Part shown: piece after piece, positions 63,350 through 64,000 of the stretch
Layout: every line of letters starts with the position of its first letter
Numbering within the stretch: the stretch's first letter is position 1
From: Candidatus Krumholzibacteriia bacterium
GTDB lineage: Bacteria > Krumholzibacteriota > Krumholzibacteriia > JAJRXK01
Direction: 5' to 3'
Length of the DNA stretch: 64,000 bases
Assembly (NCBI GenBank): GCA_041484665.1
Contig: JBGPIA010000005.1
Span: 179,342 to 243,341, forward strand
Notes under the pieces: model-generated
Databases searched by the model: none
What the model saw: only the letters and a program-made list of their open reading frames with translations
What the model was told of the DNA's origin: nothing
Position numbers and translations under genes: made by a program

Positions 63350-63772
63350 TCACACGCGCCGACCCACCAACACCGAACGACTCCACCACGCTTCCCATCG
63401 CACCCACCGCCCCCACCGACCGCACCGGCAGCAGCACTGCCTCGACGTGACACCATCGCGTCTCTCCTTCCCGGCCACCCGTCCCCCGGGGGCCGCTGAG
63501 GGAGGGACACTCACCGACTGCTGCTGGATCGGGGAAGATGGATCCGTCACGCGGGCGCGCCGCCGCACCCGGTAGGCTTGCTGGCGATCCCGATGATCGA
63601 GCCGCCCCTCGGGGCTGCGCTGATGGCGGGCACGCGCCGCCCGCTGGCGGCGCGCATAGCCTCGTGCACGGCACGCCTCGTTGCAGTAGGCGTGACCGCG
63701 ATCACAACGACCGCAGATGAAGAAGGGTCGATTGCAAAGCCGGCAGGCCCGCATCCGCAGCGGCGTCTCCAC
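63350..63772 (-). CDS. small Cys-rich (Zn-finger-like) basic protein upstream of istA
   Basis: CRLC..F.ICGRCDRGHAYC..C followed by an Arg-rich helix RHQRSPEGR..HRDRQ. Confidence 0.65.
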   Translation of the reverse strand: METPLRMRACRLCNRPFFICGRCDRGHAYCNEACRARGYARRQRAARARHQRSPEGRLDHRDRQQAYRVRRRARVTDPSSPIQQQSVSVPPSAAPGGRVAGKERRDGVTSRQCCCRCGRWGRWVRWEAWWSRSVLVGRRV

Positions 63773-64000
63773 GTCCCCGCCCGCCGGAGGCCCGCTGGGC
63801 CCTCCGCTGGACAGACCGGGAGACCGACGCCATACTCACAGCGTCGAACACGTCTCCACGGTATCCGTTCGGGCAACCCATGTTGAGCTGACCGCTGGCG
63901 CCTGACACTGTCGGGCACCCCCTGGGAGGTGGTGTCCGATGAGCTCGAGGAAGTCGTGGCTGGCCAGGACGCTGGCCAAGCCCTACTGGCGGGAAGCCGA

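Larger units (their letters stand above)
60014..63907 (-). mobile_element. IS21-like element with four ORFs
   Basis: istA+istB; minus-strand end TGTCAGGCGCCAGCG at 63907 resembles IS21 IRs; the other end is only approximate. Confidence 0.7.
44373..64000. mobile_element. integrative genomic island at tRNA-Lys (right end not seen in window)
   Basis: Integrase next to the broken tRNA, visibly different codon/base usage, defence-type genes, IS remnants and pseudogenes. Confidence 0.8.

Noticed and set aside
63909..63941. Imperfect palindrome tcgggcacc..ggtgtccga as an IS end
   Set aside because: Lies outside the TG..CA IS21-like terminus at 63907 and could be chance in GC-rich DNA.

Overview
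High-GC bacterial DNA in two parts. Positions 1-44.3 kb are core chromosome: a propionyl/methylmalonyl-CoA block (carboxyltransferase, biotin carboxylase, BCCP, mutase), two thiolases, a crotonase, a LeuB-family dehydrogenase, a Usp, a Ser/Thr kinase, tRNA-Leu-tig-clpP-clpX-lon-engB, purA and a GT2/YaiO polysaccharide operon. It also encodes several secreted proteins ending in either an FlgD/T9SS-like domain or a short P-x4-[ST]WGx[LI]KAx[YF] tail; that protein style suggests an FCB-group candidate phylum such as Krumholzibacteriota, Eisenbacteria or Latescibacterota (inference only). From about 44.37 kb to the window end is an integrative island inserted at a tRNA-Lys that is left truncated here. 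It carries a tyrosine integrase, a frameshifted AbiJ-NTD-like gene, an XRE/ImmA-IrrE pair divergent from a DUF3892-YjzC-TIR-membrane-SIR2 cluster (candidate defence system), IS91 and IS3 remnants, an interrupted pentapeptide-repeat gene and a four-gene IS21-like element. The most striking candidate novelty is two paralogous lipoproteins that share about 350 N-terminal residues up to a QDQV motif and then carry unrelated toxin-like C-termini (PLA2-like; Cys-rich hydrophobic bacteriocin-like), i.e. a possible undescribed polymorphic-toxin family. All family calls are motif recognition by eye; no database search was run.
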